From assembly GCA_964412665.1 (NCBI GenBank), contig CAYPPR010000009.1, positions 18,091 to 82,090 of the forward strand: a stretch of DNA of 64,000 bases, read 5' to 3'. The position numbers and the translations under genes are program-made. The notes below the pieces were generated by a model. That model searched no databases and had not been told where the DNA came from. It saw only the letters and a program-made list of their open reading frames with translations. Positions within the stretch are counted from its first letter, which is position 1, and the number at the start of each line of letters is the position of its first letter. The stretch comes from an uncultured Desulfopila sp. (lineage in GTDB: Bacteria; Desulfobacterota; Desulfobulbia; Desulfobulbales; Desulfocapsaceae). Shown here piece by piece: positions 61,303 to 64,000 of this stretch.

Positions 61303-61505
61303 GATTTTTTATTGTACAGTCATGTTGAGAGGGAAAAACGCGGATAAGAAAAAGTTCTATAATAATCAATATAATAAAAATCTGCTGCAATAGAACATCC
61401 TCGCTTGCAATTTCTTCATTTTTCACGATATTCTTCAGTAGTACCCGACACAACTGATCACTTTCGGAGTCTGCGCTTACCTGTTATAAGAAGAGGCCCG
61501 ACAAA

Positions 61506-61523
61506 TCTTTACGGCGCCATCAC
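61506..61523 (+). repeat. variant copy (TCTTTACGGCGCCATCAC) of the 16-mer family
   Basis: Two mismatches to TTTTTACGACGCCATC, in the same orientation. It lies 28 nt upstream of the plus-strand ATG at 61551. Confidence 0.7.
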
Positions 61524-61550
61524 TCTTAATAAACAAAAAACCGCCATACC

Positions 61551-62285
61551 ATGAAATATATTGCCATAATCCTCGTTATTGTCTGCGGTGCCACTCTGCT
61601 GACGCTCTATTTCGTCTGGCCGGATAAACCATTGGATACGACAAGTATCGCCGTTACCATCAACGGCCATAAGCTGGCAAAAACCATTGTCGCCGCTCAA
61701 GGGACAAGGGCCGGCTATCATAGTGACGACCATGCGGCGCTCCTCGACTCGGCCATAACCCGTGATTTACTCATCCAGGAGGCCCAGCGTCTCAAGCTGG
61801 ACAAAGAAGAAAGTTTTCGCCTGTCGCTGAAAACCTTTTACGAAGAGTCGCTGATCAAAACGCTGATGGATCACCAGTATGCCGAGCCGACGATTGCCGT
61901 CAGTAACACGGAGATCGACGCCTATCTCGCCCTGTTCGGCCAGGTGGTTACCTTCACGCGGCTGCCGGTAACCACCTCTTCTTTTCCTGTCCCCGCCTCG
62001 GACAAAGGTCCACAGAACGAGGTGCTCTTTGACGATCTGGCCGAACCGTTAAAATGTCTTCTCTCCGGCCTCAAGCCCGGAGAGTATGCCATGAAGTTTG
62101 ACACCGGTAATGAACAGTATGCCATCAGGCTGGATGCGATCACCCCGTCCCCTGCCCTGGTGACCAGCGTGCCGGAACGTGAACACGTCCGGCAGCTGCT
62201 GGCCGACCATAAGCGTCAGCAGCAGATCGCCAATTGGCTCAATGCGTTGCGCAACAAGGCATCAATCACCATTCACAACGGATAA
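61551..62285 (+). CDS. SurA N-terminal-domain-like periplasmic chaperone-like protein (no obvious parvulin domain)
   Basis: N-terminal TM anchor. INGHKL...LLIQEAQRLKLDKEESF...ESLIKTLMD resembles the SurA_N/PpiD N-terminal chaperone domain. Confidence 0.55.
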   Translation: MKYIAIILVIVCGATLLTLYFVWPDKPLDTTSIAVTINGHKLAKTIVAAQGTRAGYHSDDHAALLDSAITRDLLIQEAQRLKLDKEESFRLSLKTFYEESLIKTLMDHQYAEPTIAVSNTEIDAYLALFGQVVTFTRLPVTTSSFPVPASDKGPQNEVLFDDLAEPLKCLLSGLKPGEYAMKFDTGNEQYAIRLDAITPSPALVTSVPEREHVRQLLADHKRQQQIANWLNALRNKASITIHNG

Positions 62286-62293
62286 ATGATCTT

Positions 62294-62896
62294 ATGGAAA
62301 AAAGGATTAAGCGCAGAAAATTTTTTATCAAAAAGGACTTTCAGGGCAAACTGATCCTCGGCTGTTTCCTCTTTGTTACCGGTGGCGGGCTGCTGTTTAA
62401 TGTACTGCTCGGGCTGCTCTCGGCGGATACCCTGACAATTTCCTATGTCAATCAGGACCTGCAGGTGGGCCGAACGCCTTTTATGCTGTTCAAACAGGTG
62501 CTGACAGCCAACTGGCTGCTGATCATCGTCGGCGGCGGCCTGGTCATGCTGGCCTCTCTTTTTCTCTCGCACCGGATCGCCGGGCCGTTGTACCGCTTTG
62601 AAACGACCCTGGACAAAATGAAGGAGGGCTGCCTGACCACGAGCATCCATCTGCGCGATAAAGACGAAGGCAAGGACCTGGCACAAAAGATCAACGAGTT
62701 CAACGGACAACTCTCACAATCATTTTGTGCTGTCAGCTACCACTCCAAAGCACTCGAAGCTCTCATTGAACAGGCATCGCGCCTTCCTTTGCCGGAAAAA
62801 GAAAAAGAAGAGCTGGGCAGCCTGTGCTGGGCCATGCGGGAACACAACCGTAAGATAGGCAGCAACTGTAATTATTTCTGTTCCAGGGATGAATAG
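62294..62896 (+). CDS. two-TM HAMP-domain protein without a recognisable output domain
   Basis: RRKFFIKKDFQGK N-terminus, two TM helices, and HAMP motif SHRIAGPLYRFETTLDKM. Start placed at MEKRIK (62294). Confidence 0.6.
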   Translation: MEKRIKRRKFFIKKDFQGKLILGCFLFVTGGGLLFNVLLGLLSADTLTISYVNQDLQVGRTPFMLFKQVLTANWLLIIVGGGLVMLASLFLSHRIAGPLYRFETTLDKMKEGCLTTSIHLRDKDEGKDLAQKINEFNGQLSQSFCAVSYHSKALEALIEQASRLPLPEKEKEELGSLCWAMREHNRKIGSNCNYFCSRDE

Positions 62897-63419
62897 ACTG
62901 CTTTTCGGCATATTCATTCTGCTGCTGCTGTGCCCGCTGCCATCGGCCGCCCAGTATGAAGGAAAAAGCAGGTACGTCACCTTGGTCTACAGCGACAAGG
63001 AACTCCTGCATGATTTCAACGACCAGCTCATCCTGGGCCGAAAACTGCGTTACCACCTCGCCAATAAAACGATCATCACTGTTGAGGATGAGGTTTTAGC
63101 CAAGCTTGACACCATTATTGAAAAGGCGGAGACGGTGCTTGATATGTTTCCGGACAAACTGCACATTACCGTGGTTCTTTTGCCTACGAAGAAAGAGGTC
63201 GGGGCGACATACTTTGCGAAATATGGCAAAAAAGTCAATCATATTGCCTATTATTCCCTGCAGGAAGATACTGTCTACATCTCGGTTAACGATACAAAGC
63301 TACGAGTTATTGCCCATGAGATTGGCCATGCTATTGTTGATCATTATTTTGAGGTGCGACCGCCGTATACTATCCATGAGCTTTTGGCGCAGTTTACCGA
63401 GAAGCATATTACTGATTGA
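62889..63419 (+). CDS. secreted hypothetical protein with an HExxH motif (AHEIGHAIVDHY)
   Basis: Signal peptide MNRLLFGIFILLLLCPLPSAAQ and an HEIGH motif near the C-terminus. The start overlaps the upstream stop by 8 nt. Confidence 0.55.
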   Translation: MNRLLFGIFILLLLCPLPSAAQYEGKSRYVTLVYSDKELLHDFNDQLILGRKLRYHLANKTIITVEDEVLAKLDTIIEKAETVLDMFPDKLHITVVLLPTKKEVGATYFAKYGKKVNHIAYYSLQEDTVYISVNDTKLRVIAHEIGHAIVDHYFEVRPPYTIHELLAQFTEKHITD

Positions 63420-63455
63420 GAACTCCAGGGGGGGGTGGGTGGTGTGGTAGTTACA

Positions 63456-63546
63456 TTAATCTGGGGACATAATAAAATTAACGCTGGCCATTAGTTGTTA
63501 ATCTGAGGGCATAATTCGTTAATTTTTTATTATGTCCCCAGATTAA
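63456..63546. mobile_element. 91-bp MITE-like element with perfect 18-bp terminal inverted repeats
   Basis: TTAATCTGGGGACATAAT (63456-63473) and its exact reverse complement ATTATGTCCCCAGATTAA (63529-63546). There is an internal 16/18 direct copy TTAATCTGAGGGCATAAT (63498-63515). No ORF is present. Confidence 0.7.
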
Positions 63547-63560
63547 TGAACGCCGGCATT

Positions 63561-63776
63561 TTAGCCTTTCACTTTTTTCTTTATTTCTTCCCAGGATACC
63601 GCATCTACTTCACCGGACACGAGCTCCGCAAACCTTTTCGCAGCACATTCCCCCCAAGCCTGATCAACATCTTCATCTTGCCTCGTCTCAAGAGCAGAAA
63701 TCAAACAGTGAGCAACCATAGCCTTCTCTTTAGCAGTTAGATATTTTGCATTCTCGATAAATTGCCTTACATCCAT
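63561..63776 (-). CDS. addiction-module antitoxin component (TIGR02574 / Unstab_antitox-like), orphan
   Basis: LTAKEKAMVAHCLISAL...DEDVDQAWGECAAKRFAELVSGEVDAVSWEEI matches the family pattern from memory. AGGAGG SD. No RelE/ParE-size ORF lies downstream. Confidence 0.75.
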   Translation of the reverse strand: MDVRQFIENAKYLTAKEKAMVAHCLISALETRQDEDVDQAWGECAAKRFAELVSGEVDAVSWEEIKKKVKG

Positions 63777-64000
63777 AACTTAACCTCCTGTCGACAGAGT
63801 CATTTAGAACAAAAGAAGGGGGAGGTCTCAATTTATTTCCATATTTGATACCCTCAGGTAATCGTTCTACACTAACAATTGCAACAACGAACGGCAAGGA
63901 GAACTTGGTGCAGATCTCGAACCTCGGTTTGTGGCGGTCGGCTATCTATTAATGTGCCCTCAATATGAATCAATCAGCCCCATCTGCCGCAATCTCTTCA

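Noticed and set aside
63878-63892. 15-nt identity (AATTGCAACAACGAA) with 49714-49728 inside the palindromic element
   Set aside because: A handful of exact 15-mer matches are expected by chance among all position pairs in 64 kb on two strands. There is no flanking similarity.
63948-63975. ATTAATGTGCCCTCAATATGAAT, loosely similar to the reverse of the TTAATCTGAGGGCATAAT repeat
   Set aside because: Only a short TGCCCTCA core matches, which is not distinguishable from chance.
63970-64000. Possible 3' end of a minus-strand gene entering from beyond the window (…EEIAADGAD-stop)
   Set aside because: Only nine codons are visible, so it cannot be supported.

Overview
Hand annotation with no searches run. 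Family calls rest on motifs I recognise in the supplied translations. Coordinates of small sites were counted by eye and may be off by 1-2 nt.

The window looks like a chromosomal segment of an anaerobic Desulfobacterota-type (deltaproteobacterial) genome; this is a low-confidence guess from gene content.

- 1-28.7 kb, housekeeping and signalling genes: the 3' part of a hydrogenase maturation protease coupled to a hybrid histidine kinase and a REC-GGDEF regulator, a SprT-like protein, an M48 lipoprotein peptidase, a DHH/CBS protein, tRNA-Gly(GCC), lon, nitroreductase, a rubrerythrin-like protein, acnA, two ThiF/E1-like genes (one tcdA-like), a GNAT, an RND efflux triplet, ferredoxin, truA and thpR.
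- 28.7-57.4 kb, an almost uninterrupted minus-strand fatty-acid / acyl-CoA oxidation supercluster: a fadH-like gene, fadL, thioesterase, SCP2, etfAB plus a membrane FeS oxidoreductase, three to four acyl-CoA dehydrogenases, a second OYE-type reductase, an MBL hydrolase, thiolase, a HAD/crotonase fusion and an acyl-CoA ligase. It is interrupted by a MerR gene, yaiI, an LtaS-like gene and mscS.
- 57.4-64 kb, more accessory in character: DUF423, two orphan antitoxin genes, MITE-like repeats, a GH17-GT2 (NdvB-like) glucan synthase and a small envelope operon.

I saw no CRISPR array, rRNA, transposase, integrase or recognisable defence system.

The best candidates for undescribed biology are non-coding or uncharacterised:
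1. An exact 16-mer, TTTTTACGACGCCATC, recurs four times (plus variants) in one orientation, usually abutting stop codons.
2. A family of nested palindromic intergenic elements has conserved boxes and compensatory stem changes.
3. ACGT-centred dyads lie in promoter spacers next to a MerR gene.
4. A four-gene FeS / atypical-ACAD / OYE / MBL module is embedded in the beta-oxidation operon.
5. A 418-aa protein looks like an SMC/ABC ATPase with all catalytic motifs degenerate.
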